DNA of 64,000 nucleotides from an uncultured candidate division Zixibacteria bacterium (lineage in GTDB: Bacteria; Zixibacteria; MSB-5A5; UBA10806): NCBI GenBank assembly GCA_963801605.1, contig CAWDFP010000006.1, forward strand, positions 1,855,959 through 1,919,958, read 5' to 3'. Each line of letters starts with the position of its first letter. The first letter of the stretch is position 1. The position numbers and the translations under genes were made by a program. Positions 32,526-41,441 of the stretch are shown in pieces. Below the pieces are notes generated by a model. That model saw only the letters and a list, made by a program, of their open reading frames with translations. It made no database searches and was not told where the DNA came from.

Positions 32526-32687
32526 GCCGCGGGTTCCGCCTTTTGTCCCAAAGGGACAAAAGAAGAAATCCGTTGGAGTATCGCTTGCTGCTAATTGATC
32601 GGGTGGCATACCACCCAAGTATCCAAATGCAGTCCGTATTCCATTCGGATTTCCGCACGACCTTCGGTCGTGGGCGGAACCCGCGGC
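32526..32687. other. Multi-branched palindromic element (candidate structured ncRNA or miniature repeat element)
   Basis: Perfect 15-bp terminal inverted repeat enclosing four further stems (see findings). Confidence 0.6.
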
Positions 32688-32721
32688 CCCGAATGGGCCT
32701 ATTATCCCCTAATCATCACAC

Positions 32722-32750
32722 TTGCACAAACGTGCAGGATATTATATAAT
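32722..32750 (+). promoter_or_regulatory. Putative sigma70 promoter of the helicase gene
   Basis: TTGCAC-17 nt-TATAAT, about 70 nt upstream of the ATG at 32820. Confidence 0.55.
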
Positions 32751-32819
32751 CGCAACAAATTACATCGGGCGGCAGAGCCCCCGTCTGCGGTTCAATTACG
32801 GCTTCTTTGTGGAGATGTT

Positions 32820-35093
32820 ATGAAATTAATTCAGTTGATGGATAAGCTTAAAAGCTCGATGGAGTTTGCTCCTAATATCACTCATTGGCACGTCAGCCCG
32901 CGTCGCGAGGGTAGCTATGCTGAATTTCCGGCCTCGATGGACCCCCGGCTGGTTCAAGTGTTGAAGGGGATGGGTATTGACAAACTTTACAGCCACCAGG
33001 CCGAGGCGTTCGAGATCGCCAAATCAGGACGAGATCTGGTAGTGGTGACTCCGACTGCATCGGGTAAATCGTTCTGCTATAATTTACCGGTGCTGAATAC
33101 GCTTCTAACCTCAGACCCCGAGGCGCGGGCGTTGTATTTATTTCCTACCAAGGCGCTATCGGCGGATCAGGTTGATGAGCTTTATTCGATGGTTGAGACC
33201 TCCGGCGCCGATATCAAGACTTACACTTTTGATGGTGATACGCCGGTCTCGGCGCGCAATGCGGTCAGGAAAGCGGGAAATATCGTGGTAACCAACCCCG
33301 ATATGCTGCATTCCGGAATATTGCCTCATCACACGATCTGGATTAAGCTGTTTGAGAATCTTAAATATATCGTAATCGATGAGCTTCATCAGTATCGTGG
33401 AGTTTTTGGTTCGCATCTGGCCAATGTTTTGCGAAGGCTCAAACGCTTATGCGAATTTTACGGCTCCAATCCGCAGTTTATCCTCTGTTCGGCTACGATA
33501 GGCAATCCGAAAGAGCTTGCCGAGAAAATCGTGGGCCGCCCTTTTGAGGTTGTCGATAAAAACGGCGCTCCGGCGGGGGAGAGGCATTTTATCATGTACA
33601 ATCCGCCGGTGGTTAACGAGCAGCTGGGGATTAGGAAATCATCAGTCAACGAAACCGCGCGAATTGCCGGAATAATTATTGGTAACGATATCCAGACGAT
33701 TGCCTTTGCCCGCAGCCGAGTGCGTGTCGAGATTCTGACCACATATCTCAAAGAAGAGCTGGCGAAGCGCAAAGTGTCGACAGAGAAGGTGCAGGGGTAT
33801 CGCGGCGGGTATCTGCCTAATGAGCGACGAGCTATCGAACATGGCCTGCGTTCCGGCGAGATTATGGGCGTGGTCTCGACTAATGCACTGGAATTGGGGA
33901 TCGATATCGGCGGACTCGATGTGGCGATCATGTGCGGTTATCCTGGCGGTATTGCGTCATCATGGCAGCAGGCCGGGCGCGCCGGACGGAAGACCGATTT
34001 GTCGCTCGCGATCATGGTGGCATCGTCCGCGCCGCTGGATCAGTTCATCGTCAATAATCCCGAATATTTTTTCGATAAAATTCCCGAGGCCGGTATCGTC
34101 GATCCTGACAATCTCGTAATTCTAATCAGCCATCTCAAATGCGCTCTTTTCGAACTGCCTATCGAGGAAACCGAGCAGTTCGGCGTGGTGCCCACCGATA
34201 AGATTCTTGATTTCCTGGCGACCGAGCAACTGGTCAAGAAATCGGGAACTAAGTATCATTACACATCGGACGTTTATCCGGCCAGCGAGGTTTCCCTGCG
34301 CTCGGCCGCGCCGGAGAATTTCGTTATCATGGATGAGTCGCAGGCGGGCAAGGCGATAGGGGAGATCGATCAGTTTTCCGCGCCGGAGTTGGTTCATCCC
34401 GAGGCGATCTATCTGCATCAGAGCAAGCAGTACCAGGTGCGCAATCTCGATTGGGAGGGCAAGCGCGCTTATGTCATTCCGGTCGAGGTTGAATATTATA
34501 CCGACGCCGAATCCAAAGTGACGATCAAGATTTTGCACAGCGATCAGGAGGAGGGTATTGGCAGCGGCATCAACAAGGGTATGGGTGATGTCACCGTCAA
34601 CCGGGTGGTGGTGCGCTATAAAAAAGTGCGCTTTCATACGCATGAGAATCTCGGCTGGGGACGGGTGGCGCTGCCGGAACAGGAGATGCATACCGGATCG
34701 TTCTGGGTCTCGTTCCCGGAGAATATTGCGGCCACTATTGGCGTGAGCGCGGAGAAGTTAGCCGGTGCGATGTATGGCGCTTCGCACGTCCTGCGCGAGA
34801 TCGTGCCGATCTGGATATTGTCCGACCCATCCGATATCCGCGCCTATTCGCTGATCAAGTCGCCGTTCACCGATCTGCCGACGATCTATATCTACGAGAC
34901 TACCCCCGGCGGTGTCGGCTTCTCCCGACGGATATATGATATGTTCGATGAGATTGTCGATGGCGGCATCAAGCTGCTGAAGAAGTGCGGCTGCAAGGAC
35001 GGTTGCCCGTCATGTGTCGGCCCGGTCCTCGAAGTCGGCGAAGCCGGCAAATCCGGCGCCGAGGCGATATTGCGGCTTCTGCGCCGAAAGTAG
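32820..35093 (+). CDS. DEAD/DEAH-box helicase with C-terminal DUF1998 zinc domain (MrfA/YprA/Hrq1-like)
   Basis: LYSHQAEA, TPTASGKS, PTKAL, TNPDMLH, IDELHQYRGVFGSH, SATIGNP, QQAGRAGR, CGCKDGCPSCV. Start MKLIQ at 32820 after GGAG. Confidence 0.92.
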   Translation: MKLIQLMDKLKSSMEFAPNITHWHVSPRREGSYAEFPASMDPRLVQVLKGMGIDKLYSHQAEAFEIAKSGRDLVVVTPTASGKSFCYNLPVLNTLLTSDPEARALYLFPTKALSADQVDELYSMVETSGADIKTYTFDGDTPVSARNAVRKAGNIVVTNPDMLHSGILPHHTIWIKLFENLKYIVIDELHQYRGVFGSHLANVLRRLKRLCEFYGSNPQFILCSATIGNPKELAEKIVGRPFEVVDKNGAPAGERHFIMYNPPVVNEQLGIRKSSVNETARIAGIIIGNDIQTIAFARSRVRVEILTTYLKEELAKRKVSTEKVQGYRGGYLPNERRAIEHGLRSGEIMGVVSTNALELGIDIGGLDVAIMCGYPGGIASSWQQAGRAGRKTDLSLAIMVASSAPLDQFIVNNPEYFFDKIPEAGIVDPDNLVILISHLKCALFELPIEETEQFGVVPTDKILDFLATEQLVKKSGTKYHYTSDVYPASEVSLRSAAPENFVIMDESQAGKAIGEIDQFSAPELVHPEAIYLHQSKQYQVRNLDWEGKRAYVIPVEVEYYTDAESKVTIKILHSDQEEGIGSGINKGMGDVTVNRVVVRYKKVRFHTHENLGWGRVALPEQEMHTGSFWVSFPENIAATIGVSAEKLAGAMYGASHVLREIVPIWILSDPSDIRAYSLIKSPFTDLPTIYIYETTPGGVGFSRRIYDMFDEIVDGGIKLLKKCGCKDGCPSCVGPVLEVGEAGKSGAEAILRLLRRK

Positions 35094-35099
35094 GTGGTT

Positions 35100-35730
35100 G
35101 GGTGGCATGCTTGTTACCCCGATTTTATCGGGGGAATAAGCATGTACTTGAAACATTCTTTGCGCATCATCGTAGGTCGGGTTCTCTTAGATCCTGTGGA
35201 CGAGTCCCTCTGGACGAGAAACCGACAAAACAATACTTCGTCATTGCGAGTCCAATTGGACGAAGCAATCCCCCCGCAGAAAACGTCACTTATAAGACAA
35301 AATAAAAATATCGTCATTGCGAGGAGATCCTCTTAGGACCGACGAAGCAATCTGAATGCTTCTACATAGCAGTAATCTTATATTCAGATTCAGATCGCCA
35401 CGTCCATATGGACTCGCGATGACAAATTCTTGGTTACGTCCGGTCCTCTTAGGAGTCGATCTTTCCAACCCGTAGTCCATTTGTACGCGACCTAACGCCC
35501 CAAAGCCCGTGGATGGTGTACGTCCTCGTGCACCATTATAAAAATAGGGGTGTGCGTGTCACAATTTATTGTGACCGCAAGGGTACAAGTATTAATATTT
35601 TGTCTTTAAAGCTTTGCTTACAAAGGCAGATGCAAAGCTATCTATAAGTGCGTTAGGCGGGGTTCTACTTGTGCGGCTTGGTAGGGTCACCATCTGCACC
35701 AGCGGGGCTTAAATGGCGCGCGGAGCGCAC
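35100..35730. repeat. Cluster of REP-like palindromic repeats from several families
   Basis: GTCATTGCGAG...CGAAGCAATC copies at 35239-35270 and 35312-35353, an inverted copy at 35392-35423, GTAGGTCGGGTTCTC...GAGAAACCGAC at 35172-35226, and further hairpins. Confidence 0.75.
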
Positions 35731-35747
35731 CTTTCTATTTGGCAGTT

Positions 35748-36537
35748 CTATTCACCGGCGATTGGGGTGAATTCAATCTTAAGGTATTCTCCGCTAATTT
35801 TAGCTGAACCGTTAAAAAGATTGTTAGCGAGAATATTCCGGAGCGGTAACCTCACCGAAAAGCTCGATCGTTAAATTCCCATTGATCCGGAAATGGAAAA
35901 TAAATGTAACCATTGACACTTTGTCCGGGGAAAACTGTATTTCTTCTAAGGATCCCATTGCTTACGCTATTTATATAGGTATCATACCAAATAGCTGTAT
36001 TCGCCATGGTGTTAGCTGTTCGATTTGTTACAATGTCTTGTTTTTCTTTCTTGTCATTTAATGTCGTGGTGAGCGTAGAACCGTCATCAAGTCTTGTTTT
36101 CGCGGTTGTTGGATTAATGGACATTGTCTCGAACGTGCCTCCAATTGATTGCACTATCAATGACTTTGCCTTTTCGTTGGAGATATTGGCTAAAATTTTG
36201 GTAGGTGATTCGGGTACGTGACCCAATTTCCCCCCTGTTCTAGAATTGAGGTAACATTTAAGATACAAAGTTCAGCGGCTCTAATAGATATGGTTCGTCA
36301 GAAATATTCTGATAGAGAATCCAAAGTCGAAAGTAGGGTATGTAGCAAGTACTGTCGATCTAACGATAGCAGAATGAAGCGTTGTTGGTTGAACGGCCGC
36401 AATGGGCTGTCCCGCTGAAACAAAAAAGGAAATACATTATCACTCTCTTTAGGCATAAGTTTCGTCTCCGGAACGGTAGAAGCGCAACCCGTAAGGAAAA
36501 TAATCATTAGAGTTATTCCGACTATTTTGCATTTCAT
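35748..36537 (-). CDS. Hypothetical lipoprotein, broken by several frameshifts
   Basis: MKCKIVGITLMIIFLTGC lipobox. Plausible fragments in alternating frames (GQPIAAV; YFRLWILYQNISDEPYLLEP; ILRRNTVFPGQSVNGYIYFP; KIEFTPIAGE stop). Confidence 0.55.
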
Positions 36538-36853
36538 GGCTGTCTCTCTCCCATATTAGAACGACGATAAAACGTTATTAGGATTACCTAAAATTCCTAT
36601 TATCTAATTTTTATTTATTTTACTAATTGCGCTAGATAAATCACTGATAGCACTTATATAATATCCCTTTGGCACTATTCTGTCAATCTTTATCTCCCCA
36701 CATTACCCCAAATAAAAACGCGCCAGGCCAAACGACCCGGCGCATTTATTTAACTCACAAAACTGTTCAGTTTTTATTTTTCAACCCATAACTCACAACT
36801 CATAACTCATAACTATTTCTACTCAGACTCAGCCTCAGCACTCAGTCACTGCT

Positions 36854-38180
36854 TCACGCTCCCACCGTCATCTTCTTCACCATCAGCGTCGGCGAATTGA
36901 TGTTGTCGTAAATATGTAATATCATCGCAAATGGCCCCCAGGCCGTTCAAGATATCATCGGCGCTGGCGGCAATCGTCACGCCCGCCACCGGACGAATCC
37001 GTTGACCGTTTTCAACTAAAATACCGTTGATTCCCGCCGAATACTGGCCGCTCACGCTCTGCAGTCCCCAGCCCTCGGTTTGCTCAACGATGATCCCTTT
37101 CTTGCATGACGCTACCACGTCCTCAACCTTGTCTTTGCCCGCCGCGATATAGAAGTTACTTGGGGCAATCTCGGGAAACGAGGTGTAATCCTCGCGCATC
37201 GATGAGCCTGTCGAATTCGCTTTGGCTTTGGCCGCGGTCTTCATGTCATACAAAAAGCCACGAACGACTCCGTTCTCGATCAGGGTATTACGCATCGAGG
37301 CCGTCCCCTCGTCGTCAGCGGGCCTGCTGGCTACGCCGCGGGCCATCAGGGCATCATCATAAACGGTGAGATTTTCCACCGCGACTTTCTTTCCGAGCTT
37401 GTCCGCTAAAAATGAGGCGCCTTTGAAAGCGTTATCGCCATTTAGCGCTCCCAATAATCCGTACACAATCGAATTGGCCGCGCGCGGAGTAAAGATGATC
37501 TCATATTCGCCGCCGTCAACCGGCATACCGCCAATCAACCGTACCGCTCTCGATGCGTAACGATTGACGATATCCGTTTGCGAGGGGAGATCGCCAAAAT
37601 TAGCGGCGTTAACTCCGCCCTCGCCGGGAAACATTTCGCCATTCTTGGTAGCGACCATTGAAATCGAAACTCGATAGAATGTCGCTCGATATGAAACTTT
37701 CGCGCCTTTGGAATTGCCGAAATTCTTGATACTGCTCCATTCGTCATATCCCACGCCATTGGATTTGTTGATCAGCGGATCAAAATTAAGAGCCATGCTC
37801 TCAAGTTCTGTGAGATACTCTATCTTGGATTCTATCGGCTTTTCAAACTGGTTCCAGTCATAGATCTCGAGATCACCGACATAGGCTTGCGGTGATGATA
37901 GATCTGCCAGTGGATCGGCCTCGGTGCTTTGCGAGAGCCTCGCCAGACGTTCGATAATATTATCTATCGCCTGATCTGATACGTTCGTGGTATGTGCAAA
38001 TGCCATCTTCCCGGATTTATAAAATCTGATTGCCAGCCCGCCCGGCGTAGCCTTCTTGAGTGTTTCGACTTGTCCATCGCGCACCGAAAGCGAAAGCGTT
38101 CGGCTCTCGATACTGAAAACGTCAGCCATATCGGCGCCGGCTGTGGCGCATTTTTCCAGTGTTTTATCGATTAATTCCAT
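36854..38180 (-). CDS. pmbA: TldE/PmbA family protein (frameshift near 36910 obscures the true C-terminus)
   Basis: ADDEGT...LIENGVVRGFL, APSNFYI, SGQYSAG. Shifted frame ends YDNINSPTLMVKKMTVGA stop. No HExxxH motif, as expected for TldE. Confidence 0.88.
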
Positions 38181-38189
38181 ATCCGCCTC

Positions 38190-39695
38190 CTATGCGCTTC
38201 CGCCGACTGTTATGCCGTTTGCCACTCGTATCGTGGGAAGTCCCGCCGTAACCGGTACCCACTGTTCTTTGCCGCAGATGCCCGGCCCAAGCTGCAGGTT
38301 ATTCCCCACGGCATCGATATTCTCTATGACATCGATCCCTTTGCCTATCAGCGTCGCTCCGGCCACCGGTGATGTGACTTTGCCGTCTTCGATCAGATAC
38401 GCTTCTCGGACAACGAAATTGAATTGCCCCGAAATCGTATCGACCGACCCGCCGCTCAGATTCTTGACCAACAGCCCTTTCGGAGTAGATGCGATAATAT
38501 CCGCGGGGATCGATTTGCCATTATCGAGAAATGTGTTTGTCATTCGGGGAATCGGATAATGACGAAACGATTCGCGACGGCCATTGCCGGTTGGTTCCAT
38601 CTTATTCATACGAGCGGAAATCAGGTCCTGCATGAAACCGACTAACACCCCATTTTCGATCAGGACATTTCTCCGGCCGATGGTGCCTTCATCGTCAAAC
38701 TCTGTCGTGCCGCGGGCGTTCGGCCAGGATGAGTCATCTACCATTACAACCAGATCGGAACCGACTTTCTTGCCGAGCTTGTCCGCGTAGATCGAGGTTC
38801 CCTTATAGATGAAATCACCTTCGAGCCCGTGGCCAACCGCCTCATGTATCAGCACCCCGCCCCAACCGCTGTCGATCACCACCGGCATTGTGCCCGATGG
38901 TGACGGCTTAGCGGCGAGCATATCGACCGATTCTCTGGCAGCCTCTCTGACTGCGGCGGTCATGCTATTGGTATCGAAAAACTCGAATCCCTGATGGGCC
39001 GAAATGCGATTCCGCCCCTGATGACGAATTCCGTCTTTCTCGGCCAGGACTTCGATCACGACCCAGATCATCGGGATCTGATTTTCGATTCTAAGCCCGT
39101 TGGAATTGGCTATTCTTCTCTTTAGGGTTTGCTCTACGTAGGTAATATCTACTTGTTTGATATACGGACTATACGCTCTTCCGGCCGCCTCGGCCTCCTG
39201 TATTAATTGTAATTTCTGACTTTCCTTGATTGTCTCGAGTGGGATTTTAACGGAAATTGTGCTTGGGAATTCACGTTTGGATGCTTTAGCGATCTGCCCG
39301 GCGCCGCTGCTTGACGCTATAAAAGCCGCCGTGGCAGCCGCCTCCATTGCCTGAGGAATTTCGAAACCGTTGATATAAGCGTAACCGTTTTTTACGCCAT
39401 CAACAGTTCGAACCCCGGTACCTTCCCAGGCGCCGATAGTAGCCTCGGAGAAAACTCCCTCGGACATTTTTAGCGACAGCGAATTGACCGCCTCGTAATA
39501 CACCTCGCTGAAATCACCGCCTCGCGCCAGCGCCCTGGTCAGGATTTGCTGGACTGCATCCTCATCCAGCGGAGTATCTATAGTCTCCGCAGCGACCTCA
39601 CCGTTTTCTAATAGCCTGAACAAAACGGGGGATAGGGCGGCGGTAGCGGAGAATTTAACCATCTTCTCGATAAACTCACGCCGATCTATTTTCAT
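38190..39695 (-). CDS. tldD: TldD family metalloprotease with N-terminal twin-arginine signal
   Basis: HEAVGHGLEGD, FDDEG, TGNGRRES..PIPRMTNT, CGK. N-terminus MKIDRREFIEKMVKFSATAAL. Confidence 0.92.
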   Translation of the reverse strand: MKIDRREFIEKMVKFSATAALSPVLFRLLENGEVAAETIDTPLDEDAVQQILTRALARGGDFSEVYYEAVNSLSLKMSEGVFSEATIGAWEGTGVRTVDGVKNGYAYINGFEIPQAMEAAATAAFIASSSGAGQIAKASKREFPSTISVKIPLETIKESQKLQLIQEAEAAGRAYSPYIKQVDITYVEQTLKRRIANSNGLRIENQIPMIWVVIEVLAEKDGIRHQGRNRISAHQGFEFFDTNSMTAAVREAARESVDMLAAKPSPSGTMPVVIDSGWGGVLIHEAVGHGLEGDFIYKGTSIYADKLGKKVGSDLVVMVDDSSWPNARGTTEFDDEGTIGRRNVLIENGVLVGFMQDLISARMNKMEPTGNGRRESFRHYPIPRMTNTFLDNGKSIPADIIASTPKGLLVKNLSGGSVDTISGQFNFVVREAYLIEDGKVTSPVAGATLIGKGIDVIENIDAVGNNLQLGPGICGKEQWVPVTAGLPTIRVANGITVGGSA

Positions 39696-40144
39696 TTAAG
39701 CCTCCTATTTCACCATCACGAATTTTATTAATCGAAAAGCAAGGCTGACATCAATGCTGTCAATACTAAGAGAAAAGGTAAATCATTTCAAATTAAATTT
39801 ATATTTTTCAATGAACGATCTTTGAATATCAGAAAAGTATTAGATCGATCGAATGGGGCGATAATCCCGAAATTTCGCTAAAATTAATTTTGGGATGATC
39901 CAAATCCGGAAACCGGCAGTGTTCGTGTTGTCTTCGCACAATCTACGCTATTAATAATTGGTTTTAATTAATCGAATTATTTGGTTGTAAGTCATATTCT
40001 TTAGGAACCTTAGAAAGGATCGTGACACTTATATGCAGAAATTTGCAATGCGGACGCAGATAAATAATCAGTTTAATCTATAAATACCTTTTTAATCCCT
40101 TAACATAATACAAGTTAATGATTTCATAGATATGGGGAAGTTTT

Positions 40145-40160
40145 TGGCATGGGTTTTGCA
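40145..40160 (+). promoter_or_regulatory. sigma54 (RpoN) -24/-12 promoter
   Basis: TGGCATGGGTTTTGCA has exact GG-N10-GC spacing, 35 nt upstream of the PEP-CTERM gene ATG. Confidence 0.72.
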
Positions 40161-40195
40161 CTATAACAGACAAATTATTGTTTTGGGAGGGTTTT

Positions 40196-40894
40196 ATGCG
40201 TAGACTATTCTTGATAGCAGTTTTCAGTTTAATGATAGGATCGACGGCGTTTGCCGTCCCTTCATTGCAATTATTCATTAATGGCGCCACTTACGATTGG
40301 GGCAGCCAAACCTGGGTCACGACATCATCGTCCTTCGATTTATACGTGATCTCCGCCAATTCATCGAAATCCGATGTTATAGTTAGTTTAGCATTGGCTC
40401 AGGCGGATAATGCTGCCGATGTTAATTTGAATTTTAATAATCACCAAATCCAACCAAGCGATTGGCTTTGGGGTTATGCGCCAATCGGCAACGAACCTGA
40501 TGAATGGAATCCTGGTGGTGATCTTCCGCGGCATGGCATATTTCCAACCTGGTATACAGAAATGCATACCGGTGCCTATAATATGGCGAGCATGGTTGGT
40601 GATGTTCAACCCGGCTTATTTGGTCATTACTGGAATCCGGCCACCGGCTCTGGTTACGCTCCCGCACATGGCCAGGTGAAATCATTCCATGTCGAAACCG
40701 GCGGGACATTCAGTTATGTTCATTTTGACGCTTATACTTTGAACTCCGATGGAAGCATCAATCAGTTCGCTCCTTTCTCTCATGATGCCGAAGTTTTATC
40801 AACGACTCCGGTTCCGGAACCTGGAACTTTAGCGTTGTTGAGCCTGGGACTTCTTGGGCTTGGTTCCGTTGGATACAGACGTAGAAAATTATAG
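40196..40894 (+). CDS. PEP-CTERM sorting-domain protein (N-terminal domain possibly choice-of-anchor type)
   Basis: Signal peptide MRRLFLIAVFSLMIGSTAFA; C-terminal VPEPGTLALLSLGLLGLGSVGYRRRKL. GGGAGG RBS. Confidence 0.9.
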   Translation: MRRLFLIAVFSLMIGSTAFAVPSLQLFINGATYDWGSQTWVTTSSSFDLYVISANSSKSDVIVSLALAQADNAADVNLNFNNHQIQPSDWLWGYAPIGNEPDEWNPGGDLPRHGIFPTWYTEMHTGAYNMASMVGDVQPGLFGHYWNPATGSGYAPAHGQVKSFHVETGGTFSYVHFDAYTLNSDGSINQFAPFSHDAEVLSTTPVPEPGTLALLSLGLLGLGSVGYRRRKL

Positions 40895-40917
40895 CACGCA
40901 ATTACAGAATATTAAAG

Positions 40918-40944
40918 AAACCGTCTCATTGGGACGGTTTTTTT
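40918..40944 (+). terminator. Rho-independent terminator
   Basis: AAACCGTCT-CATTG-GGACGGTTT hairpin followed by a T-run. Confidence 0.75.
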
Positions 40945-40984
40945 ATAATCACAAAATTCCGATTAGAGAATCGCATTAAATAGC

Positions 40985-41013
40985 TTGTCGCCAGCGACCC
41001 AAAATATTATAAT
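40985..41013 (+). promoter_or_regulatory. Putative sigma70 promoter of tRNA-Ser
   Basis: TTGTCG-17 nt-TATAAT, 19 nt before the tRNA. Confidence 0.55.
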
Positions 41014-41032
41014 AGCGGGACATAAGTTCGCT

Positions 41033-41121
41033 GGAGAGGTGGCCGAGTGGCCGAAGGCAGCTGCCTGCTAAGCAGTTAATCGGGTAAAACCGGTTCTAGG
41101 GTTCGAATCCCTACCTCTCCG
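41033..41121 (+). tRNA. tRNA-Ser(GCT)
   Basis: Acceptor stem GGAGAGG/CCTCTCC, discriminator G, D-arm GGCCGAGTGGCCGAAGGC, anticodon arm GCTGC-CT-GCT-AA-GCAGT, long variable arm, TAGGG-TTCGAAT-CCCTA. CCA not encoded. Confidence 0.95.
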
Positions 41122-41441
41122 ATTTAAATACTGCCTGGCGAATCTGAAGAAAATGATACCTTCATTTTAAGTAACGATTAATATTTAAATATTCTTATAA
41201 ATAATTTGCCGCCGTTCCTCATGATTGTAATTTTTCGTGCCTATATCCATCATAGTTAATGAATCCAAAGGCGGCGTCATTGACGACTCACCTCGCTTTC
41301 GGAACCGATATTGTAAATTATTCGTTGATATAACGTATTTAATCGTCAGCGATCAGGGGGGTGCGGCTCACAGCCGCTTAATTATGCAATATATCTTTGC
41401 CGCGGGGGGCAAATACAAAGGCGAGGGCCAAAGGAGTATTT

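Noticed and set aside
32595..32819. 75-aa N-terminal extension of the helicase in the ORF track
   Set aside because: It runs through the palindromic element and promoter; the ATG at 32820 has an RBS and matches the family start.
35239..35423. Repeats as a possible CRISPR array
   Set aside because: Only three degenerate copies of unequal length, one inverted, and no cas genes; they fit REP-like elements.
35488..35660. CCTAAC...GTTAGGC as an integron attC site
   Set aside because: Arms are about 160 nt apart without the expected L-box complementarity, there is no cassette ORF or integrase, and the motifs resemble the neighbouring GTAGG repeats.
41340..41435. Riboswitch in the cupredoxin leader
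   Set aside because: Only two short hairpins; no aptamer consensus I can recognise.
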